In this document: positions 46,130 to 56,700 of the stretch, piece after piece
How the letters are laid out: each line of letters begins with the position of its first letter
Position numbering within the stretch: position 1 is the stretch's first letter
IMG/VR virus record: IMGVR_UViG_3300032092_000009
Span: 46,869 to 110,868 of that record
From: a virus
Taxonomy: Duplodnaviria; Caudoviricetes
Reading direction: 5' to 3' (one strand)
DNA length: 64,000 nucleotides
Made by a program: the position numbers and the translations under genes
The notes under the pieces: generated by a model
Databases searched by the model: none
Told to the model about the DNA's origin: nothing
The model's input: only the letters and a program-made list of their open reading frames with translations

Positions 46130-49100
46130 ATGGCAAAAATAATCTGCCCTACCAGGGAAAATAAAGACTTTTCAAACTTAAGCAATGCTCTTGGTAGTGA
46201 TGCCTTGGCTAGATATGTATGGTATAAGAATAGCAATCTTCCTTTAAACTTAACTGAGGATGCTGAAGGTAATATTGTTTCTAGTGAGATCTACGATAGA
46301 ATCTTAAACGAAGTTGCAGATGGTAATGAAAGTCTTGCTTTAGGGATTACTGCTATCATGCACTATCCTAGCTTCCAAGAGAAGTATGGAGAAGAAGACC
46401 CTGCTTTTACTGTAGACTACATTAAGCAAGAAGCACAAGATAAAGCAGATAAAGCAGCTAAGAGACAAGCACAACTTCTTGAAGAAAAGATTATTCCAGG
46501 CACCAAGACTCTTTATATTCAGTCTCCTGAAGGTGATGTTATCTATACTCAAGAAGAAGGAAAAGAAATTTTTGACAGTCTAGAGTACCTTGCCTCTACT
46601 AAGAAGAGTTGGAAAGCAGTATTAGATGCTTTAGCAGAAAGATTTACAGACATCCAAGCTAAAATTAAGAATAGTGCAGTTGATCCTGAGTCTAATGTTA
46701 CTCCACAAGAAATTGCCATTGCTAAAAACTTAGTTAATATTCTTAAGAACTGGCCCCAAGTAAAAGCTTGGTATCTTAGTCAGGATACAAACTTTGGCTT
46801 AGAGTTGACTGAAGACGAAGTTAATCCAGATACAGGAGGAAACGTCTACAATAAGAATGCACATGATCGTAGTCAGATGGATCTAGCATCTGCTCAAGTT
46901 ATTAAACTAGTACAGTCTCTTCCCAAATACAATAAACTTACTACACAGAATCGTAAGGATGTAAAGTCAGGAAAGAAAAGTATTACTGATTTCCAAGTTA
47001 TAAGTAACCTTACAGGTTTTCCTATTGTAGGAAACTTCTCTACTAACTGGAATGTACTTACTTCTAGTTTATCTGGAATTACTAAGTACGATAAGATTCT
47101 CGAAGAGTTGACAGTTGTTGCTCAAGAATATCCTCAGTTTAGAGATTTGGTTAACATGCTTCCAAAGGAAGATGTACAAGATGTTGACTTGAATACAGCA
47201 AACTTTGTAGCCTCATTTGTACAAACAGTATCTCTCCCTGAGATTGCTGCTTACCAATTATCTATAGGTAAAAAGAATGACGGTAAACAAACTAAGGTTG
47301 TTACTAAGACCTTTCAATTAGGTACTAGAACAGTTGACAACCTTATTAAGTATTTTGACGAAGACTACTTTAGGTCTAATCCTAAATATGGAATGCTTAA
47401 CGATGAGGGAAAGACTGTACTTAACATCCCTAAGATTCTAGAAGACTTTGCCAATATTAAAGACATTAGGGCATTTTTTGCTAATGAAGGAGATATAAAC
47501 TCTGCTGAAGGTATAAAATTACTGTACAATATCCATAAGTTTTATAATGCTTTAGGAGTTATACCTACTAACGCTCTTTATTTAAAAGACAAAAAAGCAC
47601 TATATGCCTTCTTGAAGGACAATACTTTTCATGTAAGAGAACTTTACGATAAGTTAGAGGCAAGTAAAGATAACAAAACAGTTACTCAACCTCTTCAGTT
47701 TTTGTCTCGTCCTCAAGGAAGTGGAAAAGCATTAGGTCCTAAGTTTGATATCATTAACTCTATCGTAGGATACTACGGTAAGTTTGAAAGAGAGTTTGCT
47801 TCTGGTTCTTACTTTAACCCTGAAGACAAACTACAATACAATCGTGTACAATACTTCTATCTAACTCAAGTAACTAATGCACTTAACAATGTAGCAAGTT
47901 ATAACGAGTTAATTGCTATGCCAGAGTTTGCTCACCTAGACGTAAGATTGAATCCTAATATATTAGGTTCTGTATGGCTAGAGAGGATGTTTGGTATCAG
48001 CATTAAAGGTAAGACACCTGGCCAACTAAAGAAGGACTTGGATGCGGGTAAGCAGTTTCCTAGACTTAAAACTAAGTTTAGTAAAGAACCATTTAAGATA
48101 AACATTGTAAACTACTCAGGTCTGAGTATTGATGCAGATGTTAAGGAGGGTATAACTACTACTGAGCTTACCTCAGAAGATAAGATTGTACAAGACTTTT
48201 TATCTTTCTTTGGTTCTGGTATAGTTGAGAACATTCGTTTTGGTGATAAAGGAACTTCTTATGCTACAGTTACCTCAGGTAAGGTAGAGGAAAGGATTTA
48301 CATTCCTCTTAACTCTGACGTACTTGGTATGATGGAGAAGCCTAGTTCTGTTATAGAACAGTCTTTGGTAGATCAGTTTAATGCTTATCTTACTTCAGAA
48401 GTCTTTCGTGTACTTGCCGTAAACAAAGAAACTAAGAAGAATACATACACTAAGAATGGCAGACAGTTATTCTTATTTAAAGATATCATCCCTAAGGAAG
48501 ACTACGATGCTTTGACAAGTGAAGACAGTAACGTAGTAAAAGAAGCTTATGCAAGAGTATCTAGTAATCTTCCAACCTACTTAGGTCAATACTTCACTAA
48601 ACAGACTCAAGAGTATAAGAAGCGTCTGATGGATTCTGTACTTGGAGACAACACTGCTATCAAGACAACTATTACCGAAGAACAGAAAGAAGAACAATTG
48701 GTAAACTCTTTATCTGCTTTGGGATTTGTAGATCCTGCTTTATTTAAAAAGAATCAACTTACTAAGCAAAACTTAGACTACGTTATTGCAAACTACCTTA
48801 AGAATGACTTTATCCATAAAGCAGAGTTCATGAAGGTATTTGTAGGAGACATTTCTAACTTCCAAGTTAAAGGTGACTTCCGTGAGGTATTCAAACGTAT
48901 TCCTCTTACATCTTCTCCTGGCTTTATCTTCCAAGATAATCCAGTAGTGATGTCTCACTTAAACAATAGTAGTGCAACTAACGGACTACATAAAGCGCTT
49001 ACAGGAGCTGCACAGAAGTTCCGTAAGACTGTAAGGACTGTTATCTTTAATGATGTCAACACATTCAGTAAAGAAGACTGGCCTACTTATAGAAATGCTT

Positions 49101-52100
49101 TAGGTCTTCCTGATACCATGGAGTATCAAGAGTACGTAAACTCTCCTAAGGAAGCAGATGCACAGGGTTTAGTTAGTTTAGACTTCTATCGTAACTATCT
49201 TATTGGGTTAGGACAGTGGTCCCAAGAACAAGAGAATGCTTACTTAAATGAAATCGAGATCTTTAAGATCCTTAACAAGACTGAGAAGACAGAAGAAGAC
49301 TACGCTAAAATGCAAGAACTAAAAGCTAGCATGAACTATGTAGGTTTTCCTCCTTTGAAGTTAGGTCACTATGGTCCTATTGTAGAGGATGTTAAACTTA
49401 CTGCATTACATAAGTATTCTTTGGCTCCTATGATTCCTTCTATGATTGCTGGTACTCAGTTAGAGGAATTGAATAAGCAAATGATTGCTAAGCAGATTGA
49501 CTATGCAACATTCAACTCAGGATCAAAAGCGTCCAATTTTGGAGACGCTTTGGACTTTTATGTACCAGATGCAGACAATGCAGGCACACTTAAAGTGAAT
49601 CCTGACATCAAGGGAAACAACGTTACCACTCTACACTTGACCAATCTTAAACAACAGCAGTACATTGCTCCTAAGTTTAAGAACGAAGCTACTCTAGCTA
49701 CTCAGATGGTTAAGCTTATCTTTGGTGACTTCTTTGCTCAGGGTAACTTATCTGATCTAAATGCTAGTACTGCTAAGAATATCTCTGACCTCTATAAAGA
49801 CTATACCAGCATACTAGGGAATATCATTGGAGCAGAGGAAGCAAACTTGTTTAACAAGTTAGGTATTACTAAAGATGCTCAAGGTAACTTTGTAAACTTT
49901 GATAACAAGAAGTTCTACAACTTCCTTAAAGGAGAGTTGGATAAAAGAGATACTAGTGCTTCTCTTAAGCGTTATATCCAATTAGATGAAGCTGGCAATA
50001 TCAAGTATCCACTTGACGCTACTAAGAATAGAGCAGAGATTGAAAACATCTTACTGTCTATTATTAATAACAAGATTATCTCTCAGAAGATTCACGGAGA
50101 GTCTTATGTTCAGATGGCATCTACTGCTCAAGGTAACACAAGATTCACTAAGCCTACTGAAGAACAAATTAAAAAGTATGGTATCAACGGACTACGATTC
50201 TATCGTAAAGGTCCAGAGGGTACAGAACCTGCAGATGTAAAGATTGCTTTCAATCCTAAGAAGCATGCAGGTCTACTTAATCTTACATTTAAAGGTAAGA
50301 AGATTGGAACTATAGATAACCTTAACAAGATTCTTAAGTCTAGTAACCAAGATGCTATTGATTGGGTTAACCAACACAGTAAGAAACTAAGTTTAGTAGG
50401 TGTACGTATTCCAGTACAAGGTCTAAACTCTATGGAGTACTTCCGTGTAAGAGAGTTCTTGCCTACTAGTGCAGGTCCTGTTATTGTTGTTCCTGCTCAG
50501 ATTGTAGTTAAGTCTGGATCTGACTTTGACATTGATAAGTTGACAATGTTTGAACCTAAGTTAACTGCTAACGGAGAGTTGGTTGATGACGGAGGATTCA
50601 CTCTTAAAGATTACAATGCTAATCTTCCTAGCCAAAAGGAGTCAATGAGAATGCTTAAAACTCTTACTGAGGTTAAACAAGCTTTGGTAGAAACTTTAGC
50701 AGCGACTCCTGCTTACGTTAATAAAAAGCAATTAGAAAAAGAAATCCAAGAGTTGACTGAGTCTATCTCTACTACAGAGGAAGAGATCAGCAAGTTCTCT
50801 AATAAGAAGATGAACTTGGAAGAACTTCAGGCTTTGATGTCAGAAGGATCTAACGACAAAGAAAACTTAATTAAACAAAAGATTGAAGAAGCAAAAGCTC
50901 TTGTTAGAACAGGTGACCTAGCAGCTTCACTTCCTGTTCTTAAGTCTCTTAAGTCAGAGATTAACGATTACGTAAGTACAGTTAACGGAGTACAAAACTT
51001 CAAGCAAGCTAACATCAACAAGTTGATAGATGTATTTAGTTCTGTTCTTTCTATGAAAGAGAACTACGATAAGCTTGTACTTCCTAATACTAACACAGTA
51101 TTGACAGAGATCTCAGATAAGCTACAAGCTAATCCTATCACTTCTACTGAGTTGTTTAGTCCTCTTACATCTAATCGTGTATATGGAGATAATATCGAGT
51201 CTAAGAAAGCCTTAGGTATTGATGCTAAACTTAACACAATGCAGAAGGAGTTCCAGATTGCAGGACTAATTTACACAAGTGAATTTGCTAGTATGTATCC
51301 TTTTGCTGCTAACCGTGTAGAAAAGGGTATTAGTTTAGGTGAGAAGACTCTTACTGATGGTACCTCTATCTCTAGAGTAATTAGTGAAGCGATTAACGGG
51401 CACGTAGATATTGCAAAAGAAGATTGGATTATCTTGTTGGGATTAGATAAAGCTAAGACTCCACTATTCCACTCTATGATTCTTGCAGGTACCCCTGTAA
51501 AAACTGCCTTAGACTTTTTGAATAAGCCAGTAGTTAAGCACGTACTTAAAGAGTCTACTAGAGGACCTTTGTTCAAACAGCTAGGAGTTAGAAGAGGAAG
51601 ACTTGTTAAGATGACTTTCAAAGAAGTCTTAATGGATACTCTAAAGAGTCTTAACATATCTAAAGAGGCAATAAGTATTGTTAATAGTTCTATTGTTAGT
51701 GACGAGAGTGGAACTATAAAAGTAAAACCTACTATAGAAGCTTTGAATATAGCTTTGAATGAAGGTAATTTTGCAAATGAGTCAGATGCTTCTCAAGTAA
51801 AAGATATAGTAGATCTGTTTGTAGTTAAGGAAATGCAGAGTGCTATACAACAGTTGACTGGCTTGGTAGACTATAACACTAGAAGATTCCAAAACTCTTA
51901 CCAAGTTAAAGCAGATAAGATTAGTGCAGCAAAGATTCAAGAGAGTTTTAATGCATCAGGACTTGACAAACTAACTAATAAGTCTGCTCTTTCTAAGTTT
52001 AATCAATCTAACACTATTGAGTCTTTGATGCCTCAAGTGTTTGATGTATCAAATCATCCTAGTGTGTTAGATGCTATTACAACTTATTCTAATAACGCTG

Positions 52101-53224
52101 GAATCTTTACTGAGGAGGACTTAGTTAAAGCCTCTAGAAAAGTTAAAGACAACTACCTTGTTACTATGGTACAGTTGTTTGGCGTAGATGGTACAGGAAC
52201 TAAACTACAAGATAAGTTTTTCTCTAATGCAGGTCTTTTGAATAAAAATAACCCAGAGAATTTATCTAAGAGGATTGCTGATATCAGTGAGAAGTATAGT
52301 GACTTATCTAAGAATCAAATCTTGGCTAATCTTTATACAGCAGAAACAACTTCAAATAACATTATCTTTAGACTTAGGAACGCTAACTTGGATAGTTACT
52401 TGATTGGTGAGTACGAGAAAGCATTCATAGAGGGACTTAATGATGTACGTGAAGACGTACGTAGTGTATTTGAGAATCTAGGTCTAGGGACTTTCCTTCA
52501 GTTTGGTTTTGCTAAAAACTCTTATGGACTCTCCCAAGTAGTTCCTTACGAGACTTATGTAACTCATACTACTCAAGCAGTCGCTAAGCTTAAAGAAGGA
52601 CTTAACAATCCTAGCTTCGCAGAGTCTATGTCTAAGTACGTAGGTTTGATGACTTACTTCAATGATAGTAGAAACGTTCCTACTTTGGTTCTTAACTCAA
52701 GAGTAGCTAGAGTTAGTTATGAGAACGACTTCTTAGGTACTTTAGGTAGATTAGAGTCTGAGGTTGAAGATAGTCTTAGAAACATAGCTAACTTTAAAGG
52801 CAAGACTTATACTAACTTTGATAACATTAAGTCAAAGGGTAAGTTCAGATCTTTGCCTATTCAGTTGGTAGATATTATTCCTACTAAGAAGACTACCCCT
52901 GTTGCTATGAGAAACCTAGAGGGTACTATTCTTATTAATGAGAAAGAGTTCATTAAGAAGTTTAACGATAAGGCTTGGACTAAACCTGCTAAACAACTAG
53001 ATGATAGCTTTGCTACTCCTTTAGCTTCAGATGAATTCCAATCACTAGAAGAGTTCTTGACCTTTGCTTTGATACATGAAGCTAAACACAACACTATCAA
53101 ACAAGAAGAAGGTGAAACTAAGGGACAATATGAGGACAGAATTAACCAAGCGGCTTTACAAGACTTACGTTACAACTACGGTAAGGGAGAATCAAGCAGT
53201 GTAATAGACCCATTTAAATGTTAA
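46130..53224 (+). CDS. Virion-packaged single-polypeptide DNA-dependent RNA polymerase (crAss/phi14:2 type)
   Basis: ADAQG, GVRIPVQGLNSM and GSDFDIDK (DFDID at 50522-50536), VDIAK motifs; 2364 aa. Confidence 0.92.
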   Translation: MAKIICPTRENKDFSNLSNALGSDALARYVWYKNSNLPLNLTEDAEGNIVSSEIYDRILNEVADGNESLALGITAIMHYPSFQEKYGEEDPAFTVDYIKQEAQDKADKAAKRQAQLLEEKIIPGTKTLYIQSPEGDVIYTQEEGKEIFDSLEYLASTKKSWKAVLDALAERFTDIQAKIKNSAVDPESNVTPQEIAIAKNLVNILKNWPQVKAWYLSQDTNFGLELTEDEVNPDTGGNVYNKNAHDRSQMDLASAQVIKLVQSLPKYNKLTTQNRKDVKSGKKSITDFQVISNLTGFPIVGNFSTNWNVLTSSLSGITKYDKILEELTVVAQEYPQFRDLVNMLPKEDVQDVDLNTANFVASFVQTVSLPEIAAYQLSIGKKNDGKQTKVVTKTFQLGTRTVDNLIKYFDEDYFRSNPKYGMLNDEGKTVLNIPKILEDFANIKDIRAFFANEGDINSAEGIKLLYNIHKFYNALGVIPTNALYLKDKKALYAFLKDNTFHVRELYDKLEASKDNKTVTQPLQFLSRPQGSGKALGPKFDIINSIVGYYGKFEREFASGSYFNPEDKLQYNRVQYFYLTQVTNALNNVASYNELIAMPEFAHLDVRLNPNILGSVWLERMFGISIKGKTPGQLKKDLDAGKQFPRLKTKFSKEPFKINIVNYSGLSIDADVKEGITTTELTSEDKIVQDFLSFFGSGIVENIRFGDKGTSYATVTSGKVEERIYIPLNSDVLGMMEKPSSVIEQSLVDQFNAYLTSEVFRVLAVNKETKKNTYTKNGRQLFLFKDIIPKEDYDALTSEDSNVVKEAYARVSSNLPTYLGQYFTKQTQEYKKRLMDSVLGDNTAIKTTITEEQKEEQLVNSLSALGFVDPALFKKNQLTKQNLDYVIANYLKNDFIHKAEFMKVFVGDISNFQVKGDFREVFKRIPLTSSPGFIFQDNPVVMSHLNNSSATNGLHKALTGAAQKFRKTVRTVIFNDVNTFSKEDWPTYRNALGLPDTMEYQEYVNSPKEADAQGLVSLDFYRNYLIGLGQWSQEQENAYLNEIEIFKILNKTEKTEEDYAKMQELKASMNYVGFPPLKLGHYGPIVEDVKLTALHKYSLAPMIPSMIAGTQLEELNKQMIAKQIDYATFNSGSKASNFGDALDFYVPDADNAGTLKVNPDIKGNNVTTLHLTNLKQQQYIAPKFKNEATLATQMVKLIFGDFFAQGNLSDLNASTAKNISDLYKDYTSILGNIIGAEEANLFNKLGITKDAQGNFVNFDNKKFYNFLKGELDKRDTSASLKRYIQLDEAGNIKYPLDATKNRAEIENILLSIINNKIISQKIHGESYVQMASTAQGNTRFTKPTEEQIKKYGINGLRFYRKGPEGTEPADVKIAFNPKKHAGLLNLTFKGKKIGTIDNLNKILKSSNQDAIDWVNQHSKKLSLVGVRIPVQGLNSMEYFRVREFLPTSAGPVIVVPAQIVVKSGSDFDIDKLTMFEPKLTANGELVDDGGFTLKDYNANLPSQKESMRMLKTLTEVKQALVETLAATPAYVNKKQLEKEIQELTESISTTEEEISKFSNKKMNLEELQALMSEGSNDKENLIKQKIEEAKALVRTGDLAASLPVLKSLKSEINDYVSTVNGVQNFKQANINKLIDVFSSVLSMKENYDKLVLPNTNTVLTEISDKLQANPITSTELFSPLTSNRVYGDNIESKKALGIDAKLNTMQKEFQIAGLIYTSEFASMYPFAANRVEKGISLGEKTLTDGTSISRVISEAINGHVDIAKEDWIILLGLDKAKTPLFHSMILAGTPVKTALDFLNKPVVKHVLKESTRGPLFKQLGVRRGRLVKMTFKEVLMDTLKSLNISKEAISIVNSSIVSDESGTIKVKPTIEALNIALNEGNFANESDASQVKDIVDLFVVKEMQSAIQQLTGLVDYNTRRFQNSYQVKADKISAAKIQESFNASGLDKLTNKSALSKFNQSNTIESLMPQVFDVSNHPSVLDAITTYSNNAGIFTEEDLVKASRKVKDNYLVTMVQLFGVDGTGTKLQDKFFSNAGLLNKNNPENLSKRIADISEKYSDLSKNQILANLYTAETTSNNIIFRLRNANLDSYLIGEYEKAFIEGLNDVREDVRSVFENLGLGTFLQFGFAKNSYGLSQVVPYETYVTHTTQAVAKLKEGLNNPSFAESMSKYVGLMTYFNDSRNVPTLVLNSRVARVSYENDFLGTLGRLESEVEDSLRNIANFKGKTYTNFDNIKSKGKFRSLPIQLVDIIPTKKTTPVAMRNLEGTILINEKEFIKKFNDKAWTKPAKQLDDSFATPLASDEFQSLEEFLTFALIHEAKHNTIKQEEGETKGQYEDRINQAALQDLRYNYGKGESSSVIDPFKC

Positions 53225-53228
53225 AGAT

Positions 53229-53747
53229 ATGGCAAGTTGCGATTTAAAAACAACAAACAGAGAGTACATGATTGCAAAGGGAGCTATAGTACAAGGTTCC
53301 CTTAAGATACCGAATGAACGTCTATTCGATCTACATAATGCAGAGATCAGAGATTCTGCTAACCAACGTTATAATTTAAATAACGAGGAACTTCCTTTTA
53401 CTAAAACTGAAAGACGAATTACTAGAAACGATTATCTTAGAAGAGGGTCTGACTACTTTGTAGAGTGGGGATTCAATGATAAGTTCTTTGATAATATTAG
53501 ACCTATAGTAGAAATGTACAAGTCTTTTGATGAGGATATCTACGATGAGACCCCTACTACTATCCCTACTTACAGTCAAATGCAGATTTCCTTTGAAGAA
53601 AGCATAGACGATAATATCATAGTAAAGGAAAGTCCTATTAGGACAACCTTTCCTTACGAAGCCGAAGACTATCTTGCAGATGTTAAGGCAGAAACTAAAG
53701 CCAACTTAACTAGACTTCAGTTTAAAGAAGAGGCTTGTAATATTTAA
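53229..53747 (+). CDS. Small protein between RNAP and zincin cargo (possible linker)
   Basis: 172 aa with Cys only at position 4 and third from the end. Confidence 0.65.
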   Translation: MASCDLKTTNREYMIAKGAIVQGSLKIPNERLFDLHNAEIRDSANQRYNLNNEELPFTKTERRITRNDYLRRGSDYFVEWGFNDKFFDNIRPIVEMYKSFDEDIYDETPTTIPTYSQMQISFEESIDDNIIVKESPIRTTFPYEAEDYLADVKAETKANLTRLQFKEEACNI

Positions 53748-53778
53748 TTATATTTGTATAATAACTTAAGATAAAATA

Positions 53779-56700
53779 ATGTCCTGTAAAGCAACTATAA
53801 AATCTCCTATTACTGGTAAGACAGTGATGTCTACTACATATTACCAATTGACTAATGTATTCGATAAAGAGAAAGCAGTAGATATCTATAATAGTATGTA
53901 TACTCCTGGATTCCAAGATCTTCTTGGTTTTGATTGGACTACCAACAAGGAGTATAGAGAAGAACTTAACTTAAATGGAGAGCCTAAAATTGAGTATCTT
54001 AATGAGATTCTTGGATTAGAACTATCTGATTATCAATTAGATGCAATCAATTCTGAGGAAGATGCTTTGACTCAGTTGGATCCTATGCAGGAGTTTCCTA
54101 CATATGATGAAGCTGTATTAGTTGCAGCAAACTTTAATCTTAATCCAAGATACAAGAACATTTCAGCAGAAGTAGTTCGTACAGACAAAGGCTTTAGGGT
54201 GTCTATTGGGTTGTTTAAGGCTTCTGGTATAGAGTCTAAGGAGACCTTAAGTAAACTTAACTTTGGTGAAATTATTTCTCAGTTCTTTCCAAATAGTAAC
54301 TCTAGTTGGGATGATGTAGTATCTGGTTTGCTTACCAGTGATAGACTTTCAGACACTCAGAAGACCGTTCTTTCTAAATTAAAAGAACTTCAAGACATTA
54401 ATCCTAGTGTAAAACTAGTAATCTTTGACGATACTGATTCTATGGATGCAGGTCAAGTTGCATTCTATGATAATAACTCACGCACTATCTACATAGGTAA
54501 GACAGTAAGTGAGAGCATGGATGATTCTAAGCTCATTACAGACCTCATCCACGAGTCTATGCACGCTTACACCATTAAGGCTTTGAATGAACCTGTTACA
54601 GATCAGGAGAAGGCATTTAAGGCAGAGATGGAAAAGGTATACAACTCTTACTTGAAGAAGTTTCCCAACCTAGTTGTTAACTACGGGTTTACTAACGTAG
54701 AAGAGTTTGTAAGTGAGGTAGTATCTAATCCTCATTTTAGAGCAGCATTAACTACACAACAAGAATCTCTTAAGGAAGATAAAGGCTTTTTAAGGAACAT
54801 GTTAGAGAAAATAACAAACTTCTTAAAAGGTTTGTATACAGATTTACCTAACATAGAACAGATTGATTCTACAATCAATAGCTACTTAGATCATTTGATT
54901 GAGACCAGGGATATGCCTATTACCCAAGGAGAATACGATCTAAGATTTAAGAGTGAGAAGTATAATCCTAATGGCCTTACAGATCTAGAAAGATTTCCTG
55001 AGTTGCAGAAGTTCGTAAACTTTATTAATAAGAATACTTCTAGTAAGATGTGGGGACAGATTACACAGTCTCTTAAGGAGATTGATGCTACTCTTAGAAG
55101 TACAGGAAGACTACAGGAACGTTTTAGTGACATCAACTCTACTAACGCTAAAGATATTCTAGCTAATACAATTGCTTATCTTAACACAGCTCTTACCACC
55201 CTTACTACTGTACAGAATCAACTTGATTTGTATAAGAAGAATGCTTCAGAGTTTGAGGACTTTGCTATTATTAAAACTTTTAACTACGCTAAGAACTTAA
55301 GCGGAGTAATCAGAGAGCAGATCAATGAATTCGAAAAAGAGTTTAATGCTATCTTTAGTTTAGAGGATATAACAAACATGCAGGATAGAGCTACTGCACA
55401 AGAAGCTCTTGAACTGGCTATTCCTGATTATGCACAGGTAGTTAAAGAACTTATGCAGACTATTGAAGAGACTCGTAAGTTAGCAGACTCTATTGATAGC
55501 AACTATAACAATGCAGTAATTGCTCCTATTGCTAGGGAGTTGGCTGCTTCTTTTGGTGAAGAAGCTACAGTAGAAGGTAAGAAGAGAGTAAAAGAACAAC
55601 TTACTGCTTTGACTGCGGCTAAAGCCAAGGCAGATGCTAATGGTAAAACTGCTTTATCTAAAGTACTTGCCAAAGAGATCGAAGACCTAAGACAATTAGA
55701 AAGATTTATTCCTACTGCAAAGAACATCGAAGAACTTCTTAAGAACGATAAGAAGTACGGAAGGGAGACTAGCTTTTTGGGTATGTGGATTAACAACGCA
55801 GTACAAGGAAAGAATCCTACTGTACAGATTGTTAAACAGTTTATTGATAAGGCTACCGCTGAAGCACAGGTAAACTCAGGTAAGTTTAGTAAGCGTGCTC
55901 AAGATATCTTTGATAGACTTCGTAACCTAAGAGGTAAGTTGGCTACTGAAGGTATGACTTATCAAACTCTTTACAAAGGGTTTACTAGGGTAGTTGAAGT
56001 TCTACATAAACAACCAGATGGTTCTCTTAAGAAAGTAAAGCAAGCAGTACTAAACACTAAATTAAAAGAAGAGGAATTCCAAAATGATCTTAAACTTCTT
56101 TTAGAAAGAGAAGAGCAGGCTATTAAGTCAGGTGATCAATCTGCTATAGATAACACTAAGGCTGCTACTAATAAATTCCTAGAGGATTACGCTTTACGTC
56201 CTTATACAGACGAATACTATAAGATTCAAGAGTTACTTACTGAAGAAGCAAAAGAAGCTAGGGAAGCTATCTTGTCTGAGATTAACTTCTTATCAGAAGA
56301 TTTAAATCCTGATGAGACTACTAAGGATGAGATTAAAAGATTGTTGACTGAGTTTAATCGCTTAGGTTCTTTGTACTACTCTAACGGAGATGAGAAGCCA
56401 GTAGGAAGTAAAGACAGAAGAGTAGCAGAGTCAATCATTGCGTGGAAGAAGGAAAGAAATAACCAAGATGTACTTACTTATGATAACGTTAGTAAGCGTA
56501 AGCAGTGGCAGATACAAAAGAATGAAATAGACGAAGAGTACAATAAAATCCTTAAGAGGAAGAATGCCTCAGATATTTCTATGTCTATGAGAGCATTTTC
56601 AGACTTGCAAGACGATAATCTTGCAGAAGAGAACGAAAAAATTACTAAGGAGTTTGAAGAAGCAAAGAAAGTAAGGGATCAGTGGTACGAAGAGAATACT

